Part shown: positions 9,725 to 19,037 of the stretch, piece by piece
How the letters are laid out: each line of letters starts with the position of its first letter
Position numbering within the stretch: position 1 is the stretch's first letter
NCBI GenBank assembly: GCA_041666945.1
Contig: JBAYFY010000002.1
Span: forward strand, 129,076 to 193,075
Reading direction: 5' to 3'
DNA: 64,000 nucleotides
Source of the DNA: Candidatus Buchananbacteria bacterium
GTDB taxonomy: Bacteria > Patescibacteriota > Patescibacteriia > 2-01-FULL-39-33
Translations under genes and position numbers: made by a program
Notes under the pieces: generated by a model
Database searches by the model: none
What the model saw: the letters and a program-made list of their open reading frames with translations, nothing else
Told to the model about the DNA's origin: nothing

Positions 9725-9901
9725 GAAATATTCTCCCTTTATTGTTTCTACGCCGTTTAATGTGCTTTACTGATGTATTCAGTAAATTATATTATTATAC
9801 ACCATTGGCAAAATTTTGTCAAGGTGTAATAATAATTTTGTTTAAAGTTAGCTATTTTATTGGGAACAGGCCTTACTTGTACCTTTGCGGTATGGCTTGA
9901 T

Positions 9902-10900
9902 TTATATGGCCAGTGCCATTTCCACCAAGCGGTTGGAATAGCCCCATTCATTGTCATACCAAGCCAGGATTTTGACCAAGTTGCCGTCAACCACGCGGGT
10001 ATATTTCAAATCCACAATGGCGGATTGAGTGGTGCCGATAACATCAGAAGAAACTAACTCGTCATCATCCTCGGCAACAGCTAAGATGTTTTTATACAAA
10101 GGATGAGAGGCCATTTTCCGGAAGGCGTCATTAATCTCCTCAACGGTTACGTTCTTCTTGAGTACGGCGGTAATATCGGATAGTGAACCGCAGATTACGG
10201 GCACGCGGATGGAGATGCCGTCAAATTTATTTTTTAGGTCGGGGATGACCAGAATAGCGGCTTTGGCCGCGCCCGTTGAGGATGGCGCCATATTGGCGGC
10301 GCCGGCTCGGCCGCGCCTTAAATCCTTGGCGTCAGGGCCGTCAACGAGGCGTTGGCTGGCGGTGTAAGCGTGGATCGTGGACATAATTGACTTCTCTACC
10401 CCGAATTTGGAATGCAGGATTTGCATCACCGGCGCGATGCAATTGGTGGTGCAGGAAGCGTTGGAAACGATTTTGTCTCGCCCGATTATTTTTTTGGTTA
10501 ATTCAGTGCCGAAAACCAGAGTCGTAACTTCGTCCTTGGCCGGCGCTGACAGGATGACTTTTTTGGCTCCGGCTTGCGCGTGTTTCTTCAAGTCCTCGGC
10601 TTTTTCAAAAACCCCGGTGCACTCCAGGACCACGTCAACCTTGTATTTTTTCCAGGGCAATTTAGCCGGATCTTTTTCGGCGAAAACCGGAATTTTTTTG
10701 CCGCCGACAATAATGTTTTGTTTGTCATAAGCGACTTTTTTGCCGTAACGGCCGTAAACCGTGTCATATTTGAGCAAATAAGCCAAAGTGCGGGTGTCGG
10801 TCAGATCATTAATGGCGACAATTTCCGTTCCTCTTTTTTCCAGAGCGATTTTAAGAGCGCAACGGCCGATACGGCCAAAGCCGTTAATGGCTATTCTCAT
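9902..10900 (-). CDS. gap: Glyceraldehyde-3-phosphate dehydrogenase
   Basis: MRIAINGFGRIGR...SCTTNC catalytic Cys context. Confidence 0.9.
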   Translation of the reverse strand: MRIAINGFGRIGRCALKIALEKRGTEIVAINDLTDTRTLAYLLKYDTVYGRYGKKVAYDKQNIIVGGKKIPVFAEKDPAKLPWKKYKVDVVLECTGVFEKAEDLKKHAQAGAKKVILSAPAKDEVTTLVFGTELTKKIIGRDKIVSNASCTTNCIAPVMQILHSKFGVEKSIMSTIHAYTASQRLVDGPDAKDLRRGRAGAANMAPSSTGAAKAAILVIPDLKNKFDGISIRVPVICGSLSDITAVLKKNVTVEEINDAFRKMASHPLYKNILAVAEDDDELVSSDVIGTTQSAIVDLKYTRVVDGNLVKILAWYDNEWGYSNRLVEMALAI

Positions 10901-11035
10901 AAATTTGTAGTTAGTTAGCTTGATTTGTTGGTATTATAGCATGAAAGCCGGAAATTAAAAAATAGAGAGATGCAGAGATTGGGGTTTTTAAAAAAAATCG
11001 ACCCAGCGGCAGAACCACGGGGTCGATTTATCCAA

Positions 11036-11839
11036 TTAATCTTTGGTTATGGGAACTTCCACAATTACCGCTTTGTCTTGATCGCGTTCTTTGTCCAACT
11101 CTACGTCCACGCTGCAACGCAAAACGTGCCAGCCCACGACCGCCCCGCGGCCATGTTTGGTTTTGACTTTAGTGCCCAACGCCGGCAATTTGGCGATTAA
11201 ATCCTGATAGTATGATTCTTCATAAGCCAGACAGCATTTGAGGCGGCCGCAGATGCCGGACAAACGTTCGGCCCCGCGATGCACGATCTGTTGGTCTTCG
11301 GCGAAATCGGAAGAAACGTTGCCGAGTTTTTTCAGGTGGCTGCGGCAGCATTGGCCCAAGCCGCAAGAACCGACATCCCCCACTAATTTGGCCTCATCCC
11401 GAACGCCGATTTGCTGCAAACGTATCACGCGGTTGAATGTCCGGCTCAATTCCTTGACCAGCTCGCGGAAATCAATCCGGCCGTCGGCAATAAAAGCGAA
11501 AGACAGACGTTGGCCGTCCAAAGAAAAATGCGCGTCAACTATTTTCATTTCCAAATCGTAACGCTTGACCGTTTCCCGGCAATCTTGAATAACCTTGTCC
11601 TTGTCCTGGCGATTCTTTAAAAGCGCTTCCCAATCGTCGGTTTTAGCCAGGCGTTCCACGCTGTTAGAGACGGCCTTGGCTTCTTCTTCGCCCACTTCTT
11701 TGAGTTCCACGATTTTTCCCGCTTCTTCGCCGTATTCGGTGTTGATAACGGCAAAATCACCGATAGATAAAGTCAGGCCGCCAGTATTGGCGGCGCTGAG
11801 CTTTTCCCATTGGTTTATTTCAACTGTGGCGATAATCAT
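11036..11839 (-). CDS. PSP1 C-terminal domain protein (RicT/YaaT-like)
   Basis: CGRLKCCLAYE motif and conserved Cys pairs typical of PSP1/RicT. Confidence 0.6.
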   Translation of the reverse strand: MIIATVEINQWEKLSAANTGGLTLSIGDFAVINTEYGEEAGKIVELKEVGEEEAKAVSNSVERLAKTDDWEALLKNRQDKDKVIQDCRETVKRYDLEMKIVDAHFSLDGQRLSFAFIADGRIDFRELVKELSRTFNRVIRLQQIGVRDEAKLVGDVGSCGLGQCCRSHLKKLGNVSSDFAEDQQIVHRGAERLSGICGRLKCCLAYEESYYQDLIAKLPALGTKVKTKHGRGAVVGWHVLRCSVDVELDKERDQDKAVIVEVPITKD

Positions 11840-11857
11840 AACGGCTGATTAGCGGCG

Positions 11858-12646
11858 TTAGCAAGCAGGCGCGCTTTCCAAAACGTATTTGGCCCAATTG
11901 ATGATTTTGGCTTCACCCAAAAGGTCTTTAATTTTTTTACTGTCGTCTTTAATGAAAACTTGGTTAAGCAGACAGTTTTCTTCGTAAAACTTATTTAATT
12001 TGCCTTCAATGATTTTATCCCAGATTTGTTCGGGTTTGCCTTCGCCCTTGAGCTGTTCGCGATAAATTTCTTTTTCTTTTTCTATCACGGCGACATCAAC
12101 GGCAGACGGTTCCAGCCAGCGCGGGCTCATAGCGGCAATTTGCATGGCAATATCATTGGCCAGCGCTTCAGTCCCGCCGGTTAAAACGCAAATGCCAGCC
12201 ACTTTGCGGTTGGCGTGGATATAATGCCCCACAATCTCGCCTTCGTAAACGCCAAAACCGGAGAGTTGCATGTTCTCCCCCACTTTCATTACCAGTTCTT
12301 TGAGTTGGCTTTCCGCCCAAGCTTTAAATTCTTCCGGCTGGGAAACCAAAAGCTTTGCCGCAAAATTTTGAACGGTAGTACGGAAATCGTCGGTGCGGGA
12401 GACGAAATCGGTTTCGCAAGCCAACGCCACAATGGCGCTTTTTTTGCTGTCGCCGGAAACGGCAATGACGCCTTCCTTGACGGCGCGGTCGGCTTTTTTG
12501 GCGGCTTTAATCTCGCCTTTTTTCCGCATGATTTCCACGGCTTGTTCCAGATTGCCGCCTGCTTCTTCCAAAGCGGCCTTGCAATCGCCTAAACCGGCGC
12601 CGGTTTTTTCGCGGAGTTGGGAAATGAGCTTGACGTCTATGGACAT
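11858..12646 (-). CDS. tsf: Elongation factor Ts
   Basis: MSIDVKLISQLREKTGAGLGDCKAALEE... UBA-like N-terminus plus EF-Ts core. Confidence 0.9.
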   Translation of the reverse strand: MSIDVKLISQLREKTGAGLGDCKAALEEAGGNLEQAVEIMRKKGEIKAAKKADRAVKEGVIAVSGDSKKSAIVALACETDFVSRTDDFRTTVQNFAAKLLVSQPEEFKAWAESQLKELVMKVGENMQLSGFGVYEGEIVGHYIHANRKVAGICVLTGGTEALANDIAMQIAAMSPRWLEPSAVDVAVIEKEKEIYREQLKGEGKPEQIWDKIIEGKLNKFYEENCLLNQVFIKDDSKKIKDLLGEAKIINWAKYVLESAPAC

Positions 12647-12703
12647 ATGATAAAAGTTTAAAATCTATTTAAGAGCTTAAAAACCTGAAAACTAACGTTG
12701 TGA

Positions 12704-13411
12704 TTAATTTTTAGTTTTTTCCTTATCCTGCCTCACTTTGCCGAAATTAATGGCTTCGGCGATAACGCGAGTTATCAGGTCAATTGAATTGATGGCGTCG
12801 TCGTTAGCCGGAATCGGATAAGTGAACAGATCGGGATTGATATTGGTATCGCACGGCCCGATAATCGGGATTTTGCGTTTTTTGGCCTCTAAGACCGCGG
12901 TTTTTTCGCGTTTGGCGTCAAGAATAAAAACCGCTTCAGGCAAGCGATTCAAATTTTCCAGTCCGCCGACCATTTTGTCCAGGCGTTCTATTTCTTTGCT
13001 GATCATCACTTGTTCTTTTTTGGTGTATTTGGCCAGGGCGCCGGAATCGCGCTGTTCTTTCAGGGAGCGGTATTTTTTTATCAGTTTTCCGACATTGGCA
13101 AAATTAGTGAACAGCCCGCCGACCCAGCGTTCCTTGATGTAAGGCATGCCGGCTTGTTGGGCGTATTTTTCAATCAACGGTTTGGCTTGGCTTTTGGTGC
13201 CGACAAAAAGAATGTTGCCGCCGTTCTCGCCGATTTTTTCGGCGAACTCGGCCGCTTCTTTGAGTTTGGCCAAAGTTTGCTCCAAATCAATGATATGGAC
13301 TCCGTTGCGTTCGGCAAAGATGAACGGTTTCATCTTGGGGTGCCAGCGGCCTTTCTGATGGCCGAAGTGAACTCCCGATTGCAGGAGTTCCATTAATGTT
13401 GGTAAATTCAT
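12704..13411 (-). CDS. rpsB: 30S ribosomal protein S2
   Basis: LLQSGVHFGHQKGRWHPKMKPFIF... Confidence 0.9.
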   Translation of the reverse strand: MNLPTLMELLQSGVHFGHQKGRWHPKMKPFIFAERNGVHIIDLEQTLAKLKEAAEFAEKIGENGGNILFVGTKSQAKPLIEKYAQQAGMPYIKERWVGGLFTNFANVGKLIKKYRSLKEQRDSGALAKYTKKEQVMISKEIERLDKMVGGLENLNRLPEAVFILDAKREKTAVLEAKKRKIPIIGPCDTNINPDLFTYPIPANDDAINSIDLITRVIAEAINFGKVRQDKEKTKN

Positions 13412-13622
13412 AATTTTTCCTTTCTTTCTTTGCAGCCCTTAATCCGCGGCTAAGCCGCAGATTGGCCCGATTTTGGTTGGTCTTAATATTACGGGCAAGG
13501 ATTAATTCGGGGCTGTTGTTTATTAGTAAAAATGTATTAAAAGATTATCATAAATCGGCGGATAAGTCAAATCTTTGATTAAAAATTAATGATGTCTGCC
13601 CTGTCACGGAGCCGCTTTAAAT

Positions 13623-13650
13623 AAAAAAGCCACTCCTTAGCGGGAGTGGC
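13623..13650 (-). terminator. Intrinsic terminator after paralog A
   Basis: GCCACTCC-ttagcg-GGAGTGGC followed by T6 on minus strand. Confidence 0.6.
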
Positions 13651-13675
13651 GGTAAATGAACGGTTTTGGCCCTGG

Positions 13676-14998
13676 TCAGTTGCTTGGCCAATTTTTGTCG
13701 GCCGGCCACTCGGTGATGTAAACACCGTCAGTCATGAGGCCGGCTTCGCTTAGACGCAATTGCGTGTTTAAGGAAATAACTTCAATAATGCGTCTTCTAT
13801 GTTGCGACAGCTCCTCCGACATGCCGGCCATAATACTGCCGGCGCTCTCCATTCCCGGGTTGGCAAAAACAGAACAAGTCGTTTCCGTCGGCAAACATTC
13901 AGCCAGCGCCGCTACGGCCTCTTTTTTAATAATGTCAATGAGATACTCTTCAAGTTTTTCCTGCCGCTGGAAAACTATAAGATTCCTCAAATAATCTTCA
14001 TCTCTGGTTAGAGCGTAGCTGGCGGCCAATCTCAACTTACTTTCGCCGAGCGACGCTTCAACCGCCAAATCATTTTTGGCGGCGGCTATGCCCTGGGCGT
14101 ACTTTTTGGTGAACAGGTTGACGAATCTGTGATTATAAGTCAGCAATTCATCGTTGCCGTTGAGGGCGAAACGTCTGTAAAATTCCCCGTCGGATCGGTT
14201 GACAAGAATAATCGAACTACTTTTACTATTTAAATTACTGCTTAAATATGACGGGGTTTTAAAAGTTATAAAAATTGACATAACAAGAATTGCAATGAAA
14301 AATGCCATAACCGCCGGCTTACCCTTGTTGTCTGTTACGGAATCCACTATCCCAGCTATTATTACTGCTAGCAACAAAATACAGAGTATTAAAATGCATA
14401 CTTCAGCCATATTCCAGAAAAACCCTGATAAGAAAAGCAAATAAATTACCATAGCGATAGCGGCAATGATTATGCCCCAGGGAATAATTGCCTTCCAAAT
14501 AAAATACAACAGATCTTCACCATTTTCGCAGAACCAATTTTTTATTCCCTTGGCTATCAGGGCAAAGCCGCAGAATAGCCAGCCCAAAATCAGGCCGATA
14601 GGGCTGAAGATTTTCTTTAATGTTTGCATCGTCTTGTTGGGCGGTTTTAGCAACGCTCTGGCCTGCGACAAACTGACGATTTTGTTGGATATCAATGAAG
14701 CGATCAACCTTTCATATCGCGAGTTCAAAGACGGCAGAAGTTCAGCTTGCCAATCAGTTCCCGTGGCTAAGTAGAATAACGTGAGTCCCAGCTGGTGGAA
14801 AGATTCGCGCACATCCTTGACCGGAGTTGCTTGGCCGTAATCGACTTTATTGTCATCATCAATAAAAATATTTCCCGCTTCATACCTAACTAATTCTCTT
14901 TTTTCTTTCAGGCGCGTTTCTATGTCTTTCAACAGTTCCGAGACAATGACATATAACAAGTCATCGCCCAATTTGACTTCGTAGCGTTTCTTTCCCAT
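13676..14998 (-). CDS. Paralog A of a tandem family: N-terminal kinase-C-lobe-like domain, TM segments, C-terminal soluble domain
   Basis: 440 aa; shares N-terminal FIDDD...LGLTLFYLATG...LLKPP block and central TM cluster with the two downstream genes. Confidence 0.5.
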   Translation of the reverse strand: MGKKRYEVKLGDDLLYVIVSELLKDIETRLKEKRELVRYEAGNIFIDDDNKVDYGQATPVKDVRESFHQLGLTLFYLATGTDWQAELLPSLNSRYERLIASLISNKIVSLSQARALLKPPNKTMQTLKKIFSPIGLILGWLFCGFALIAKGIKNWFCENGEDLLYFIWKAIIPWGIIIAAIAMVIYLLFLSGFFWNMAEVCILILCILLLAVIIAGIVDSVTDNKGKPAVMAFFIAILVMSIFITFKTPSYLSSNLNSKSSSIILVNRSDGEFYRRFALNGNDELLTYNHRFVNLFTKKYAQGIAAAKNDLAVEASLGESKLRLAASYALTRDEDYLRNLIVFQRQEKLEEYLIDIIKKEAVAALAECLPTETTCSVFANPGMESAGSIMAGMSEELSQHRRRIIEVISLNTQLRLSEAGLMTDGVYITEWPADKNWPSN

Positions 14999-15276
14999 GG
15001 CGCTGTTCTCCTTTATGGTTGTGTAACAGTCGTTCCGGTTAAAGTTTAAGGCCCAAATTGTAAAGTGCTTGTTAGCTGTGTAACAATATGGCAGGTTAGC
15101 ATGATTTTATAAGAATGTCAAATAGCGCAACAGAATATAGCCCCGGGCAAGCCCCGGGGTAATAGTGGAACTTGCGTACTAACAGCTCGGCAAGCCGAGC
15201 AGTATTTGACTATATTGGCGTCGCTCGCTCGGAATCCAGCGCTTTGAAGCGCTGGTTCGCTCGCTTACTAGCCAAT

Positions 15277-15305
15277 AAAAAAGCCACTCCCCTCAAGGAA
15301 GTGGC
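15277..15305 (-). terminator. Intrinsic terminator after paralog B (near-duplicate of the 13623 terminator)
   Basis: GCCACTCC-cctcaa-GGAAGTGGC followed by T-run on minus strand. Confidence 0.55.
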
Positions 15306-15379
15306 GGTAATGAACTGTGTTATTTGGTTTCTCGTTCAGCCGTTATTTTGGCTGCCGGACCGAGTGAATCGCAGAGCGC

Positions 15380-16873
15380 CTATTTCCCGAGCGTCTCCCC
15401 TAATTTTCCCGACTCCTTGATTTCAATGTAGTTGTATTGATCCTTGAATTGTTCGCGCAGCCGGTCTTGGATATCAGCCATAATTTTCTGGCGTTGCTTC
15501 ACCAGCAAAGTTTGCCGTCGGGACAAGAGTTCGTTTCTGACCAGACGGACGGTAACTTCGCGTATGACCTGGTAATCATTCTTTGATAATGTGCCATCCG
15601 CGCCTTTAGCTTCAACGGTTATGCCGTTAAGTTCTTGTTCAATCGCCGCGCGGGATTTAATGGGAGTATCGCTTTCGGCCATAGCTTTTATGGTTGCGGC
15701 TTGGCCGGCGACAATCAGCTCTTGCTCCAAATCGGCTTGCGTTTGCTTGTTTTTCATCATCCGTTTCCAGTCGTTTTCAAATGTCGCCTGGTCGGTGATG
15801 GCATACTTGATCCAAAAGCAAAATTTTTCCCCGTCTTCCTTCTCGGCCAGCGGCGCTTCTACCAGGATGTCCTCGCGTTGGGTAATTATGCCCGGCGCGT
15901 AACTCCTGACAAATAAATTAACGCATCTACCTTCGTAATGCGGAATGTAGTTCCGGTCGTTTGCGTCAGCTATTCGGCCGATCAAATTTCCGCTGGAACG
16001 GTCAACTACCACTAAGGGATTGAGCTGGATATCAGCTGTCGGGGCCTCAAAGATTTCATAAACTGAAAGAGAGGCAACCAAGATTAAAAAGATGATCCAG
16101 CCCCAAAAAATACAATCGTCCTCACATGTGCCATCAGTAATGATGTGTAATATCATTACTGATACAGCCCCCAACATAATGGAGACAGTTATAATTAATA
16201 AGCCGCAACCGATGGTCATCGGACCGCCGAAATAAATAATATTGACAAAAGCCAGACAAATGAACGAGGCAATGGCGACAATAATCAGCGCTATATACAT
16301 AATCAACGTGAATTCACGTTTTATGAATTTCAGGAATTTCACCGCTTTGGCCGCGGCCTTTTTTGTTTGCGAATAAACGTTGCCGGCATTAATCCTTAGC
16401 CATTGAAAAGCCATGACCGCTCCCCGACCGATTAAAGCAACGAGCCAAAGCATGGCTATGGCTGTCAGCGTCAAAATCCGGTCGCCGAATTTTTTTATGG
16501 CTGTCGGCGGTTTGAGCATGGCTTCCACTTGAGGCAAGCTGGCCGCCGATTGCGACAAGAGCAGCTCAAGAAGCGGCCACAGTTCCGATTCAAACGGCTT
16601 ATAAACGAAATTGCTCTTGTTGTAGGTTGATTGGCCCGTGGCCAAGTGATACAAAGCGACGCCTAAAGCGTAAAGCCCCTCGCTAACGCTGTCAACGGTC
16701 TTGATTTTACCTGAGTCCTCGTGGCAAACTTTGCCCGCGCTATTGATAAAAATATTTTGCGGATCAAAGGCAATGTAAATGCCATTATCCGTTTCTTTCT
16801 TAAAGCGCTCAAAAATAAATTGAGCAACTTTCCATAAGTCGCCATCAAGCATCAATCTGCCTGTTTTTTTCAT
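15380..16873 (-). CDS. Paralog B of the tandem family (start probably the MKKTG Met whose ATG overlaps the upstream stop as ATGA)
   Basis: FDPQNIFINS...LGVALYHLATG...MLKPP N-terminal block, TM cluster, VVDRSSGNLIGRIAD motif. Confidence 0.5.
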   Translation of the reverse strand: MKKTGRLMLDGDLWKVAQFIFERFKKETDNGIYIAFDPQNIFINSAGKVCHEDSGKIKTVDSVSEGLYALGVALYHLATGQSTYNKSNFVYKPFESELWPLLELLLSQSAASLPQVEAMLKPPTAIKKFGDRILTLTAIAMLWLVALIGRGAVMAFQWLRINAGNVYSQTKKAAAKAVKFLKFIKREFTLIMYIALIIVAIASFICLAFVNIIYFGGPMTIGCGLLIITVSIMLGAVSVMILHIITDGTCEDDCIFWGWIIFLILVASLSVYEIFEAPTADIQLNPLVVVDRSSGNLIGRIADANDRNYIPHYEGRCVNLFVRSYAPGIITQREDILVEAPLAEKEDGEKFCFWIKYAITDQATFENDWKRMMKNKQTQADLEQELIVAGQAATIKAMAESDTPIKSRAAIEQELNGITVEAKGADGTLSKNDYQVIREVTVRLVRNELLSRRQTLLVKQRQKIMADIQDRLREQFKDQYNYIEIKESGKLGETLGK

Positions 16874-18372
16874 GACGTTTCTCCTGTTGTGATTTGGCAT
16901 GCCGGTTGAAGCCGCGTGATTTGGATTTGGCACAAAAGTCCCTGAAAGTTGTCGGCCAGCGAAGCCGTGATCAAGTCGCCGATTTTTGGCGCCGCTTGTT
17001 GGAATTTGCCGTTGTACAAATTGATCAACGCGTTCCGAGCGCGGCAGTCAGCTTGATCTTGAACGGCCTCGATCTCTTCCGCTGACAACAAGCCGTCAGG
17101 ATCCTTGATTGACACTTCCAAATCGGCGAGCTTTTTACTTAATTCAGACCCCAAAGGCATTTCGTTTCCCACTTGTTCTTTTATCGCCTGACTTTGCCTT
17201 AACAGGCAATCCGCAATGGCTGTTTTAACCTCATCGTCCGTTTTCCAGATTTTTGAGGCCGCGTCGTAGGTTTGGCTTAAGCTGTAATAAATGGTTGCCA
17301 CGCCGATTTCTTCGCCCGCTTCCGGAGTGCCGGTGGCGCAGAAAAGCGGAATCACTACTGCGCATTCGGGACGCAAGCCGAAAGCCGGTTTATACTTGAA
17401 CGGATTAATGAAAGTATTGGTAAATTGCTTGCCCTCTGAAACGTCAGTGGCCAGCGAGCCGCAATATTGGCCGGTTTGGCGGTTGACACAGATTAAATTG
17501 TCCGGGGTTTTGTTATCCCTAGTACAGTATGATAGCGGATTGAGAAAAGACATGACGGTTATAGTAACAAAAAAAACCGTTTCAAAAGTGAGTAGGCCGA
17601 TATTCAACCCCCAATCATAATTACTGGACATATCTGCGGTCATCGCGCCGCCAAAAACACCCAAAAGTATACTGATAAACAGTGCGAACACAAACATAAA
17701 AAACACGCTGCCTGCTATTTGATAATAGCTAATATTTAATCCGATATACCATTGGCAACTTAATACTACCAGAACGCCCACTATAAAGTAACAAATCTTA
17801 AGCCAGTGCTGTTTTAGCCGTTTAATCTGTCGGGCCAAGTGCTGCCGGATCAAGCATTTGTTTATAAATCCGACTGAACCGTTGATCGCCTTTTGGCCTT
17901 GCGCCGCCAGCAGAGGCAGAAGCCCCCACAGCCCGCCGATAATCAGACAGAGCCAGTTTACCAGCGGTTTGGTTTTTCGCGCCAGTTTTTTTATTCGGCT
18001 GGGCCGGATAAGCAGTTCCTCGATCTGTTTGAAACTGACCGCTTGCCCGGACAACAATAATTCCACCAGCGGCCACAAATCCGATTTAAACGGTTCATAG
18101 CGGGCGTCTTCGGCGCGCAAAGTCGGATCGTTTATTTCTGATTTGCCCGTAGCCACGTGATACAGAGTAACGCCCAATGAATGAAGCGCCTCGCGAATGT
18201 TTTTGATCCGCGTCGTCGGCAAAGTGTCATAGACGACTTGCCGGCCGCTATCAATGAATATCGTATCCGGATCAAAGCATAATATCGCGCCATTGTCCGC
18301 CGCTTCGCGCAACATTTTAGTCAAAGCTTGCGCGATGAGAAACAAATCTTCTTCCCGTTGCCAGATTTCCAT
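16870..18372 (-). CDS. Paralog C of the tandem family
   Basis: FDPDTIFIDSGRQV...LGVTLYHVATGKSEI...LLIRP N-terminal block, TM cluster, CVNRQTGQYCGSLATD motif. Confidence 0.5.
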   Translation of the reverse strand: MEIWQREEDLFLIAQALTKMLREAADNGAILCFDPDTIFIDSGRQVVYDTLPTTRIKNIREALHSLGVTLYHVATGKSEINDPTLRAEDARYEPFKSDLWPLVELLLSGQAVSFKQIEELLIRPSRIKKLARKTKPLVNWLCLIIGGLWGLLPLLAAQGQKAINGSVGFINKCLIRQHLARQIKRLKQHWLKICYFIVGVLVVLSCQWYIGLNISYYQIAGSVFFMFVFALFISILLGVFGGAMTADMSSNYDWGLNIGLLTFETVFFVTITVMSFLNPLSYCTRDNKTPDNLICVNRQTGQYCGSLATDVSEGKQFTNTFINPFKYKPAFGLRPECAVVIPLFCATGTPEAGEEIGVATIYYSLSQTYDAASKIWKTDDEVKTAIADCLLRQSQAIKEQVGNEMPLGSELSKKLADLEVSIKDPDGLLSAEEIEAVQDQADCRARNALINLYNGKFQQAAPKIGDLITASLADNFQGLLCQIQITRLQPACQITTGETS

Positions 18373-18466
18373 GAGTTCTCCTTTGGCCTTTTGGGCCGTT
18401 TGCTTGCTGATTCAATCAATGTTTTTAAATTTTCAAGGTTCCAGTCCGGTTACTTCCGGAATACAA

Positions 18467-18529
18467 AATCTTAGCATATTTTAGATAAAATGTCAATATG
18501 TTGACATTTTGGCTAAAATCAGATATAAT
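18467..18529. promoter_or_regulatory. Back-to-back divergent sigma70 promoters sharing a perfect palindrome AAAATGTCAA-tatg-TTGACATTTT
   Basis: Plus strand TTGACA (18501-18506) -17- TATAAT (18524-18529) for rpmE; minus strand TTGACA (18491-18496) -18- TAAGAT (18467-18472) for the paralog C/B operon. Confidence 0.55.
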
Positions 18530-18562
18530 TAGCCATATTATCAATTAACGTATTAAGCGTTT

Positions 18563-18865
18563 ATGAAAAAAGATGTCCATCCCCAGTATTTTACCCAAGC
18601 TAAGGTTATCTGCGCCTGCGGCAATGTTTTTAATGTCGGATCAACCCGTGAGGAAATCCATGTTGAAATCTGTTCCGCCTGCCATCCGTTTTACACCGGC
18701 AAACAAAAATTAGTGGATACGGCCCGTCGCGTTGACAAATTCGTCAAGCGCGCTGAAGCCAAGTCCGTTAAAGCCGGAGGCAAGAAAGTCAAAAAGGAAA
18801 AACAGAAAGCCATCAAGGCGGCCAAAAAAGCCGAGCAAGAAGGAGTTAAAATAGTCAAAAAATAA
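18563..18865 (+). CDS. rpmE: 50S ribosomal protein L31 (zinc-ribbon type) with Lys-rich C-terminal tail
   Basis: [10 protein letters not shown]...CACGNV...[10 protein letters not shown]. Confidence 0.9.
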   Translation: MKKDVHPQYFTQAKVICACGNVFNVGSTREEIHVEICSACHPFYTGKQKLVDTARRVDKFVKRAEAKSVKAGGKKVKKEKQKAIKAAKKAEQEGVKIVKK

Positions 18866-18959
18866 CTGTGCTAATAAAGGACTCGTTATTATTGGCGAGT
18901 TCTTTTATTTTTATGTATAATTAGAGCAGATGAAGCGTGTAAGACGTAACAAGCAATAC

Positions 18960-19030
18960 GTAATGAGTAACAGGTAATTGTTATTTATTTTACTTATTAC
19001 TTATTACTTTGTTACTTATTACGTATTATC
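18960..19030. repeat. Short tandem TTATTAC(T/G) repeats
   Basis: tacttattacttattactttgttacttattacgtattatc; same motif recurs at 61363-61395. Confidence 0.6.
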
Positions 19031-19037
19031 ATAATGT

